DNA from: a virus
Taxonomy: Duplodnaviria; Caudoviricetes
Virus record (IMG/VR): IMGVR_UViG_3300046786_000480
Span: 1-32,583 of that record
DNA length: 32,583 bases
Strand: one strand, 5' to 3'
Within the stretch, counting starts at the first letter, position 1. Each line of letters opens with the position of its first letter. Below the pieces are notes generated by a model. That model was not told the origin of the DNA and made no database searches. It was given only the letters and a program-made list of their open reading frames with translations. Made by a program: the position numbers and the translations under genes. Positions 25,705 through 32,583 of this stretch are shown here, one piece after another.

Positions 25705-25992
25705 ATGAGCCAGCCCATCCACACCACCATCGAACTGTCCGGCGTCAAGCTGGAAGTGATCGGAACGTATTATCCTGGCGAGTCGGCCAGCGTGGATTGC
25801 CCCGGCGAAGCTGAATCTGTCGAGCTTGAGCAGATGCTCACACCGAAAGGCGACGACATCGGCGAACTGATTGCAAGCAGCCGCGAGCTGCAACGAGACG
25901 CTGAGGAACTGACCATCGCCGCCCACAAAGAGGGCGCGCTGTGCGCCGCTGAAGATCATGCGGATTGTGTCCGCAAAGGAGAGTTCAAATGA
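25705..25992 (+). CDS. Acidic hypothetical early protein
   Basis: AAGGA SD, ATG 25705 (MSQPIHTTIEL...); first gene of the rightward operon. Confidence 0.7.
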   Translation: MSQPIHTTIELSGVKLEVIGTYYPGESASVDCPGEAESVELEQMLTPKGDDIGELIASSRELQRDAEELTIAAHKEGALCAAEDHADCVRKGEFK

Positions 25993-26168
25993 AAGAGAAT
26001 CTGATTCTGGCGGCAATCGCCGTTATTGTCGTTATCCTGTCGGCATCAGCCGGAGTTGTTGCGGCCTACATGACGCTCAAGCATGGCGCGTCGTTCGGCT
26101 TGATACTGATAGCGTTTACCATCGGTGCTGTGCTGCTGATTGACTGGAAAGGTGAGCGCAATGTTTGA
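25989..26168 (+). CDS. Small two-TM membrane protein
   Basis: ATGA overlap; two hydrophobic helices. Confidence 0.65.
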   Translation: MKENLILAAIAVIVVILSASAGVVAAYMTLKHGASFGLILIAFTIGAVLLIDWKGERNV

Positions 26169-26448
26169 TCTCGAGCGCCACAAGCAAATCAACCGGCGGA
26201 TGCTTGAGCCGTTTCCGCCTGAGTTGGTCGGAGAATATCCCGCAGTTGACGTACTGCGCCAGGTTCACCGCATGGCAAAAATAACAGCGAACTTGCTGGA
26301 TGACGCCCGCATCTACGGCGACATGCCAGACGAACAGGAATATTCGAATTACCTGCAATCCGTCGCATACGATGCGGCAAAACTGATGCTCTCGGCTGCT
26401 GAAGATGCGCTGCGGGCGATGACTGACAAGGGGATGAAAAATGAATAA
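26161..26448 (+). CDS. Hypothetical protein
   Basis: AGGTGA SD; overlaps both neighbours. Confidence 0.65.
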   Translation: MFDLERHKQINRRMLEPFPPELVGEYPAVDVLRQVHRMAKITANLLDDARIYGDMPDEQEYSNYLQSVAYDAAKLMLSAAEDALRAMTDKGMKNE

Positions 26449-27007
26449 ATCGGAATCAATCGCGGCGCTGTCTGCCGCACTCGCCAAGGCTCAAGCTGAA
26501 ATCGAAAACGCCAGCAAGACGGCGAACAACCCGCATTTCAAAAGCAAATACGCTGACCTCGCGGAAGTGCTGAACACTGTGCGCCCGGTCATGTCCCGCC
26601 ATGGCATCGCCATCGTGCAGATGCCGTCGTTTGAATCCGGGCTGGCCAGCGTGGAAACCCTGATGACGCACAGTTCCGGCGAGTGGATCAGCAACATCTG
26701 CTCCGCGCCGGTCAGCAAGCAGGACGCACAAGGCGTCGGCAGCGCCATTACCTACCTGCGCCGGTACTCGCTGGCAGCGTTTGCAGGCATCGCCCAGGAA
26801 GACGACGACGCCAATGCAGCCGTCGGCCAGCGTCAAGCGCCAGCTACCGCCAAGCCCGCAGAAAAGCCAGCTTTGCCTGATGACCGGTTCCGCGCCGCGT
26901 GCGATGCTATCGCGTCCGGAAAAACGTCGGTGCAGATTGTCCGCTCACGCTACGCATTGACGGCTGAACAGGACAACGAGTTGCATGTTTTGGAGTCCGC
27001 ACAATGA
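26441..27007 (+). CDS. erf: ERF-family single-strand annealing protein
   Basis: NPHFKSKYADL ... QGVGSAITYLRRYSLAAFAGIAQEDDDAN. Confidence 0.95.
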   Translation: MNKSESIAALSAALAKAQAEIENASKTANNPHFKSKYADLAEVLNTVRPVMSRHGIAIVQMPSFESGLASVETLMTHSSGEWISNICSAPVSKQDAQGVGSAITYLRRYSLAAFAGIAQEDDDANAAVGQRQAPATAKPAEKPALPDDRFRAACDAIASGKTSVQIVRSRYALTAEQDNELHVLESAQ

Positions 27008-27627
27008 TGATTATCCGCGCATCCGCGCTCGGCGAAGTCATGGCCCCGGCAAAGAAAGCCGGGGAGCTTTCCGCAGGCGCGAAGACGTTTGTTATGAAGG
27101 AGTTCAGGCGCAACCTGTTTGGATTTCGCGAGCAGGTTAGCACAAAGGAAATGGAAAAAGGCTTGTTCTGTGAACAGGCCGCCATTGATCTTTACAATAC
27201 GGTTTTTTTCACGGACTGCACGAAAAACACAAAACGCATAACGAACGATCACATCACCGGCGAGTGCGACATATTCACCGGCGACACCGTGATTGATCTG
27301 AAATGCTCATGGAGCATGACATCATTCCCGGTGTTTCACCGAGACGCGCAAGACTCCGGTTATGAGTGGCAACTCCGCGCCTACATGATGCTCCTGGACT
27401 GCCCCAAGGCTGTGCTGGCGTATTGCATGGTCAGCACCCCGGAACACCTGATTCGCTGGGAAGATCCGAGCATCCACGCGGTTGACCACATCGACCCTGT
27501 TAAACGTGTTACGCGCCTGTTTTACGAACGTGACGCGGAAAAGGAAAAGGCTATCATTGAGCGCGTGCAACTCTGCCGCGACTACTACAACCAACTCGCG
27601 GACGAGTATTCCGCACAAACGAGGTGA
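27004..27627 (+). CDS. Lambda-exonuclease/YqaJ-like nuclease
   Basis: IRASALG ... MEKG...E ... ITGECDI ... DLKCSW ... YEWQLRAYM; adjacent to erf. Confidence 0.8.
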   Translation: MMIIRASALGEVMAPAKKAGELSAGAKTFVMKEFRRNLFGFREQVSTKEMEKGLFCEQAAIDLYNTVFFTDCTKNTKRITNDHITGECDIFTGDTVIDLKCSWSMTSFPVFHRDAQDSGYEWQLRAYMMLLDCPKAVLAYCMVSTPEHLIRWEDPSIHAVDHIDPVKRVTRLFYERDAEKEKAIIERVQLCRDYYNQLADEYSAQTR

Positions 27628-27631
27628 CACC

Positions 27632-28021
27632 ATGTTTATCGAACTAATCCGACTCGGCAAAGACGCTGAGCTGAAACAGGCTGGGCAGACTGAAATCTTG
27701 AGCCTGTATGCCGCCTATGATGTCGGTTTCGGCGACAAGAAGAAAACCCAATGGATTGGCCTGACCATGTTCGGAAAACGCGCCGCACAGGTCGCGCACA
27801 TGATGACGAAAGGCACACTCATTATGGCGACGATGGATGAGGTTCAGGTCGAGGAATACAACGGCAAAAGCTACCTAAAAGCCAAGCTTGTCGAGTTCAA
27901 GTTTGCAGGCGGGAAGAAACAGGACGGCCAGGATTCCGAACCGGCACCGCGCCAGCAACGGGCAGCACCGCAACCGGCCCCGGTCGATGATTTTGACGAC
28001 GGAAGTGACCTCCCGTTCTGA
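27632..28021 (+). CDS. ssb: Single-stranded DNA-binding protein
   Basis: RLGKDAELK N-terminus; acidic DDFDDGSDLPF tail; GAGGTG SD. Confidence 0.9.
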   Translation: MFIELIRLGKDAELKQAGQTEILSLYAAYDVGFGDKKKTQWIGLTMFGKRAAQVAHMMTKGTLIMATMDEVQVEEYNGKSYLKAKLVEFKFAGGKKQDGQDSEPAPRQQRAAPQPAPVDDFDDGSDLPF

Positions 28022-28039
28022 TGTAGCCACAATAAAACT

Positions 28040-28080
28040 ATTGCGCCAGCATTGACTAACACCATTGCGGGTGCAATACT
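28040..28080 (+). promoter_or_regulatory. Promoter TTGACT-N17-AATACT with tandem operators (28040-28053 imperfect; 28064-28077 perfect)
   Basis: Intergenic; repeats the architecture at 25643. Confidence 0.8.
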
Positions 28081-28105
28081 AAACGGACTGAAAAGGGGAT
28101 TCAAA

Positions 28106-29317
28106 ATGACGCAAGAAATCGCAGTAATCGACAACACTGCAATCGCTCAGGCTTTTGCAACTCCATCCGGCATTGACGTGCTGATTCAGCGCATCAAGTC
28201 TGAGGCATCCGCTGAGGTGCCGGACTTGACGACAAAAAAGGGCCGCGACCGTATCGCATCGTTGGCCTACAAGGTCAGCAAGACAAAAACACTGGTAGAC
28301 GACTTTGGTAAAGAACTGGTTGCCGAAGAAAAGAAGCGCCTCGCCCTGATCGACGCCGACCGCAAGAAATGGCGCGACGAGTGCGACAAGTTGCGCGACG
28401 AAATCCGCAAGCCGCTGACGGATTGGGAGCAGGCTGAGTCTGACCGGGTGCAGCAGCACAAAGACGCCATCCAGCAACTGCGCGAACTGTCGGCGCTGGC
28501 CATGGGTACCGACTCCGCAGCCATTTCCAGCCTGATTGCTCAAGCCGAAGCCGTCACGCTTGGCGACCACTGGCAGGAGTTTGCGGCAGAGGCTGGCAAG
28601 GCCAAAGACGAAACGCTGTCAATTCTGCGTCTTGACTTGCAGCGCCGTCAGCAATACGAAGCCGAACAGGCCGAGCTTGCCCGCCTGCGAGCCGAGGCAG
28701 CACGACGCGAACAGGAAGACGCAGACCGGCGCGCCGCTGAAGCAAAGGCTGAGGCCGAACGATTGGCCGCTGAGCGCGAGGCGCAACGCATCCGCGAGGC
28801 TGAAGAACGCGCCCGCCGTGAGGCTGAGGGGGCCGCTGCCAAGGCTCGTGCTGATGCAGAAGCTGCCGCCCGTGCCGAACGTGAAGCCATTGAAGCCAAA
28901 GCCCGTGCCGAACGTGAAGCCGCAGAACGCGCACGCATCGCATCAGAACAGGCAGAGGCCCGCGCCAAGGCAGAAGCCGAAGCCGCGAAGCTGCGCGAAC
29001 AGGATGCCGAGCGCCGTCGCATGGAGTCGGAAGAACGCGCCAAGCGAGAGGCCCAGGAAGCCAAAGAACGCGCCGAACGTGACCGGGTTGCAGCAGTCGA
29101 GGCCGAACGCCAACGCGCCGAACGCCAGCGCATTGCGGAACAGGAAGCGGCGGCGAAGGCTCAGGCAGAACGCGAGGCCAACAAGGAACACATGCGCCGC
29201 ATTAACCGCGAAGCATTGGCCGGGATTATGGCGGTAGGCATCAGCGAGGAACAGGGCAAGGCGCTGATAAAGGCGATTGCGTCCGGCGCTGTTCAGCATG
29301 TGTCGATTTCGTATTAA
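28106..29317 (+). CDS. Long Ala/Glu/Arg-rich coiled-coil phage protein (often labelled TolA-like)
   Basis: PDLTTKKGRDRIASLAYKVSKTKT N-terminus; H..RINREA ... IASGAVQHVSISY C-terminus. Confidence 0.8.
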   Translation: MTQEIAVIDNTAIAQAFATPSGIDVLIQRIKSEASAEVPDLTTKKGRDRIASLAYKVSKTKTLVDDFGKELVAEEKKRLALIDADRKKWRDECDKLRDEIRKPLTDWEQAESDRVQQHKDAIQQLRELSALAMGTDSAAISSLIAQAEAVTLGDHWQEFAAEAGKAKDETLSILRLDLQRRQQYEAEQAELARLRAEAARREQEDADRRAAEAKAEAERLAAEREAQRIREAEERARREAEGAAAKARADAEAAARAEREAIEAKARAEREAAERARIASEQAEARAKAEAEAAKLREQDAERRRMESEERAKREAQEAKERAERDRVAAVEAERQRAERQRIAEQEAAAKAQAEREANKEHMRRINREALAGIMAVGISEEQGKALIKAIASGAVQHVSISY

Positions 29318-29329
29318 GAGGCGAATGTC

Positions 29330-29554
29330 ATGACAAGAAAGCGACCCGAACCGCTCCACCTGACCCCTGTCACCGTCACCGACGACCTTGCCGGATTCCA
29401 CGCCGAATCCGGCTGCGGCAAGCAGGCATTCAGCGCCACATCGGCGCGGGATGCCGTTGAGCAGGTGGCGCGGATACTGGGGATTGACTTCCGTGATGTG
29501 TTTTTCGCGAGACAGGGAAACGCGTCGACTTATGTGATTCGGAGAAGGGTATGA
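29330..29554 (+). CDS. Hypothetical protein
   Basis: GAGG SD; ATGA overlap with the next gene. Confidence 0.6.
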   Translation: MTRKRPEPLHLTPVTVTDDLAGFHAESGCGKQAFSATSARDAVEQVARILGIDFRDVFFARQGNASTYVIRRRV

Positions 29555-30231
29555 CCCGCCGCTTCTGGACCGACTACGAACGCGCCGAACTGTCACGGCG
29601 CTATCCCAATGAATTGACCGCGGTCATCGCCTCCGACATTGGGCGCACCGAACAGCAGGTCTGCTACGCCGCGCACAAAATGGGCCTGAAGAAGTCGCCG
29701 GAGTTTCTTTCCAGCCCTGAATCCACGCAGTTCAAAACCGGACACGCGCCGACGCAGTTCAAGCCGGGTCTGGTGCCGTGGAACAAGGGGATTGCGGGCA
29801 GCACCGGCAACCACCCGAACACGAAGGCCACGCAGTTCAAGCCGGGGCGCAAGCCGGAGGAAGCGCGAAACTATCGCCCCGTCGGCAGCGTTCGCGTGAC
29901 GCGCGACGGCTATCTGGAGCGCAAGATCACGGACGATCAATCCATTGCACCGGCACGGCGCTGGGTGGCTGTCCACCGGCTGGTCTGGGAAGCCGTCAAC
30001 GGTCCGGTGCCGAAGGGTCGGATCGTCGTATTCCGCCCCGGCATGGCCACCACCGACCCCGACCTGATCACGATTGACCGGGTTGAGATGATCACCCGCG
30101 CCGAGAACATGGCGCGAAACACCATCCACGCACGGGATGAGGAATTGCGCGAGCTGTCCATGCTCAAGCGCCGCCTTACCCGCGCCGTCAACAAGAGAAT
30201 CCGTCATGAAGAACAAACACCAAGACCTTAA
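29551..30231 (+). CDS. HNH-related protein with TQFKPG repeats (degenerate catalytic motif)
   Basis: TQFK[TP]G x3; WVAVHRLVWEAVNGPVPKG; ITRAENMARN; the canonical His residues are absent. Confidence 0.75.
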   Translation: MTRRFWTDYERAELSRRYPNELTAVIASDIGRTEQQVCYAAHKMGLKKSPEFLSSPESTQFKTGHAPTQFKPGLVPWNKGIAGSTGNHPNTKATQFKPGRKPEEARNYRPVGSVRVTRDGYLERKITDDQSIAPARRWVAVHRLVWEAVNGPVPKGRIVVFRPGMATTDPDLITIDRVEMITRAENMARNTIHARDEELRELSMLKRRLTRAVNKRIRHEEQTPRP

Positions 30232-30439
30232 TAACCACCTGTTTGCGGCCCTGGAAGCGCTGCACGATCTGGAAAACCCGATGGACGTGGAGCGCGCCAA
30301 AGCCATTGCGATGGTTGGAAACACACTCATCGCCAGCGCCAAGCTGGAAATCGAGATGCGGAGGATGACCGATGGCATCGCGGATTCCGGATTTTTTGTC
30401 AGCTCCAACCAACCGAAGCAGGTGCGCCATGAACATTGA
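30206..30439 (+). CDS. Conserved phage protein (DLNNHLF..LE.L type), usually paired with the HNH-related gene
   Basis: MKNKHQDLNNHLFAALEAL...VERAKAI...IASAKLEI. Confidence 0.75.
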   Translation: MKNKHQDLNNHLFAALEALHDLENPMDVERAKAIAMVGNTLIASAKLEIEMRRMTDGIADSGFFVSSNQPKQVRHEH

Positions 30440-30665
30440 AGAACTGAAGCGGCTGGCGGGGGCGCATCGCCTTGCTGATGTTACGCCCGCCGCCATTCTG
30501 GAGTTGATCCGGCAGCGCGACGAACTGATGGAGGCGCTGAAAGAAGCCCGCGAACTTGTCGAGGATTGGGGCGCATATGCACCGGCCTACATGCAGGAAA
30601 AGCATGACCTTGAGGGTGATATGAACAAACTGGATGCGGCCATCGCCCGCGCGGAGGCACCATGA
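30429..30665 (+). CDS. Ead/Ea22-like hypothetical protein
   Basis: MNIEELKRLA...PAAILELIRQRDELMEALK. Confidence 0.6.
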   Translation: MNIEELKRLAGAHRLADVTPAAILELIRQRDELMEALKEARELVEDWGAYAPAYMQEKHDLEGDMNKLDAAIARAEAP

Positions 30666-31024
30666 CCATCTCCATCCACCTCCACGACATCCGCGACCAC
30701 GACCGCATCCAGAAATCATTTGAAACGTGGGCGCAGCAACAGGGCTTCAAGGACTTGACGCAATCCATGGGCCGCTACAACCGCGCCGTTGTGCGCTGGA
30801 TGTGGGAGGCGTGGCAGGAACAGGCCGAGAAGATAGATGACATGGCGGCAGCACTTGAGCGCGCCCACAACCGGCAGACAGGGCTGCTGAAGCAGTGCCA
30901 CGACATTGATGCACGACGAGCCGCAGCAGTCGCCCAGGCTGCATCGTTGGCCGCTGAAGTTGAGCGGCTGAACCTGATAATTTCGCGTCTGTCCGTTGAG
31001 GGGCAGGACGCGGTGGAGATGTGA
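30662..31024 (+). CDS. Hypothetical protein with coiled coil
   Basis: GGAGG SD, ATGA overlap; FETWA...WMWEAWQ motif common in phage early genes. Confidence 0.65.
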   Translation: MTISIHLHDIRDHDRIQKSFETWAQQQGFKDLTQSMGRYNRAVVRWMWEAWQEQAEKIDDMAAALERAHNRQTGLLKQCHDIDARRAAAVAQAASLAAEVERLNLIISRLSVEGQDAVEM

Positions 31025-31039
31025 GATGAGGATGGAAAA

Positions 31040-31261
31040 ATGAAAATCGACGGGTATGACGCGCTCGACAGCGCATGCAAGAAACGGTGGTGCTGGAGCC
31101 CCGGCAACTACCAGCACCGTGGCGCCTGCGGATCGGGCGGCAGCCGTAACACCTGCATGACGACGCGCTGCTGTCTGGAACGGGCATATCGCGGCTGCCC
31201 CGATCCTGTGCCGGAACCTGGGGCGCCGGCACCGTGGGGTGAAGTGACGCCCAACGCATAG
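31040..31261 (+). CDS. Small Cys-rich protein ending inside an attC site
   Basis: GAGGATGGA SD; 7 Cys; last codons CCC AAC GCA TAG lie within the attC. Confidence 0.65.
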   Translation: MKIDGYDALDSACKKRWCWSPGNYQHRGACGSGGSRNTCMTTRCCLERAYRGCPDPVPEPGAPAPWGEVTPNA

Positions 31262-31311
31262 CTAAGGGGCGCGCGGCTTTTCGCGCGTCCCGCTTGAGCG
31301 CCGGGTTAGGT
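31249..31311 (-). mobile_element. Integron-type attC site (63 bp)
   Basis: Minus strand: ACCTAAC-CCGGC-GCT[C]AAG-[C]GGG[A]CGCGCG-AAAAGC-CGCGCG-CCC-CTTAGC-TATGC-GTTGGGC, i.e. R'' RYYYAAC, L'' with extra base, stem-loop, L', R' GTTRRRY. Confidence 0.85.
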
Positions 31312-31353
31312 TCCGTGGTTGATAACGAAACACAAAATAAATGTAAAAAGTTC

Positions 31354-31382
31354 TTTACTATCGTTTGATTGCGCACTACAAT
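31354..31382 (+). promoter_or_regulatory. Cassette-internal promoter TTTACT-N17-TACAAT
   Basis: 17 bp spacer, AT-rich UP-like tract, followed by a strong AAGGAG SD. Confidence 0.7.
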
Positions 31383-31417
31383 AACTACATCAACTCAACA
31401 AACGAAGGAGAAACAAA

Positions 31418-31588
31418 ATGTTCTACACACAAGCAACCCTCGGAAAAATTAACAAAGACGTAGTGACCTACTTTGAAACAGAAGCAGCAGCAAAGCGTGC
31501 GGCAAAGCGCCAAGCAAAAGACAAGGATTACACGGCGGTCTGGTACGGCAACCCGAACCGGATGGAAGCAAGGGTTCAAGTTAAATGA
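31418..31588 (+). CDS. 56 aa protein MFYTQATLGKINKDVVTYFETEAAAKRAAKRQAKDKDYTAVWYGNPNRMEARVQVK (not in ORF track)
   Basis: AAGGAG SD, own promoter, ATGA coupling to the next ORF. Confidence 0.75.
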   Translation: MFYTQATLGKINKDVVTYFETEAAAKRAAKRQAKDKDYTAVWYGNPNRMEARVQVK

Positions 31589-31755
31589 CAACCAGAGGCG
31601 GCCCAGGAAGGGGCCAAGGCCGCAAGCCCGTGAAGCAGGGAGAGGAAACGGTAACGATCTCCCTGCGCATGACGACGGCGCAGCGGGAAAAGCTGGCACG
31701 GCTGGGCGGTGCCGAATGGGTGCGGCAGAAGATTGACCGCGCAAAAGAAACATAA
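31585..31755 (+). CDS. 56 aa AT-hook/ribbon-helix-helix-like DNA-binding protein MTTRGGPGRGQGRKP...TISLRMTTAQREKLARLGGAEWVRQKIDRAKET (not in ORF track)
   Basis: RGG.GRGQGRKP hook followed by a beta-helix-helix pattern; its TAA stop is part of the attC core. Confidence 0.75.
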   Translation: MTTRGGPGRGQGRKPVKQGEETVTISLRMTTAQREKLARLGGAEWVRQKIDRAKET

Positions 31756-31808
31756 CGCTTGAGGTATGCGGCGTGCGCAGCACGTCCGACATGAGTGAAA
31801 TGTTATGC
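31750..31808 (-). mobile_element. Integron-type attC site (59 bp)
   Basis: Minus strand: GCATAAC-ATTTC-ACT[C]ATG-[T]CGG[A]CGTGC-TGC-GCACG-CCG-CATACC-TCAAGC-GTTATGT. Confidence 0.8.
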
Positions 31809-31823
31809 AGCAAGGATGGATTT

Positions 31824-32066
31824 ATGAACAGAAAAGGCAGCGGAAACGAAACGCGATTCGACGGCGTGGCTACAAAAATTGATGCCGCCAGAAATTCAGC
31901 GCCGGGTATCGGTGTGCGATTGAAGTACACCCGCTGGTGCGAGAGGTGCGGGAAGGACAAGCCAGCGGCTGGTGCAAAGCAACTGATGCCGGGTGTTTTT
32001 CGGTGCGCTGACTGCTGCGCTGGTTTGCGGCATAACGCAATGTATACCGCAAAACCTGCAATATAG
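31824..32066 (+). CDS. Small Zn-finger protein (CERC...CADC) carried on a cassette
   Basis: AAGGA/TGGA SD, ATG 31824; reads through the recombination core (CAT AAC GCA). Confidence 0.65.
   Translation: MNRKGSGNETRFDGVATKIDAARNSAPGIGVRLKYTRWCERCGKDKPAAGAKQLMPGVFRCADCCAGLRHNAMYTAKPAI
32030..32047 (-). mobile_element. Terminal attI/attG-like half site
   Basis: Minus strand GTATAC-ATTGC-GTTATGC; the core GTTATGC exactly complements the R'' GCATAAC of the adjacent attC; no partner arm seen. Confidence 0.55.
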
Positions 32067-32154
32067 CGTGGCAACTTACACCACAAAAACAACCTCTACC
32101 GCACGCCAGCCGTGCGCGAGTAGCTCTGATAAAAATAGCGGCAAAGGACGCAAA

Positions 32155-32427
32155 ATGAATGAACGAAAAAAGCTGATTGAACGACTGCGCTTGGACTACA
32201 CCGCATCAACTATGGCCCTGACACTGATGCATCAAGCCGCTGACATGCTCGAAGCTGATGTGGAGCCAAAGTGCTCAGACCAAGCACCCCAACTACAGCG
32301 GCCAAGGCTGACTGATGATGAGATTTTCTCGATGTGCAGCGGGTACTCAGGAAACTACACAAGCGGAAGATTTGACTATTACAAGTTTGCCCGTGCAGTT
32401 GAGCGGAAAGTGAGGGGTGAAGCATGA
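32155..32427 (+). CDS. Hypothetical phage protein
   Basis: AAGGA SD; KLIERLR...QAADMLEA and LTDDEI...FARAVER motifs. Confidence 0.7.
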   Translation: MNERKKLIERLRLDYTASTMALTLMHQAADMLEADVEPKCSDQAPQLQRPRLTDDEIFSMCSGYSGNYTSGRFDYYKFARAVERKVRGEA

Positions 32428-32583
32428 GCAAGTACACACCAGGGCCTTGGAGGGTTATCCCAGAGCATGAAATGGTGATTGGCGCTGGAGATGCCACTAT
32501 CGTGTATGAGTTGAACACGAACGAAGATGACGCACGCCTAATAGCCGCAGCGCCTGAGTTGCTTGAGGCGTTGAAGGAATGCG
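32424..32583 (+). CDS. Hypothetical phage protein, truncated by window end
   Basis: MSKYTPGPW...DARLIAAAPELLEALK, a common phage early gene family. Confidence 0.75.
   Translation, partial: MSKYTPGPWRVIPEHEMVIGAGDATIVYELNTNEDDARLIAAAPELLEALKEC

Noticed and set aside
28640-29200. GCCCGTGCCGAACGTGAAGCC-type repeats
   Set aside because: Explained by low-complexity Ala/Glu/Arg coiled-coil coding.
29551-30231. Second active homing endonuclease
   Set aside because: The catalytic His positions are replaced (IVVFRPG); it belongs to a common phage gene pair and has no evident insertion boundaries.
29593-30408. 271 aa minus-strand ORF
   Set aside because: Antisense to recognisable plus-strand phage genes.
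31385-32092. 235 aa minus-strand ORF (and 30747-31376) as canonically oriented cassette genes
   Set aside because: They read through the attC sites and show no domain; the promoter, SD sequences and coupled starts all support the plus-strand ORFs.

Overview
A ~32.6 kb segment of a tailed dsDNA phage or prophage with a siphovirus-type tail and lambdoid layout. Gene content and sigma70 signals suggest a proteobacterial host. The minus strand (25.6 kb down to 1) carries a Cro-like regulator, a cluster of structured non-coding RNA, an adenine DNA methyltransferase, replication genes (initiator with iterons, DnaB), nin-like accessory genes, lysis genes, terminase, head and tail genes. The plus strand (25.7 kb to the end) carries recombination genes (ERF, exonuclease, SSB) and small early genes. 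No integrase or CI repressor is visible in the window. Four things stand out. (1) Two integron-type attC sites plus a terminal attI/attG-like half site delimit two gene cassettes in the early region; the genes are inverted relative to attC and no integrase is present. (2) The terminase intein has no in-frame endonuclease but hides a complete HNH endonuclease gene in a different reading frame. (3) A ~370 nt structured RNA region ends in a tRNA-like element lacking the anticodon arm. (4) An ATTGC-N4-GCAAT operator recurs on five predicted promoters. All functional calls come from motif recognition by eye; no database searches were run.
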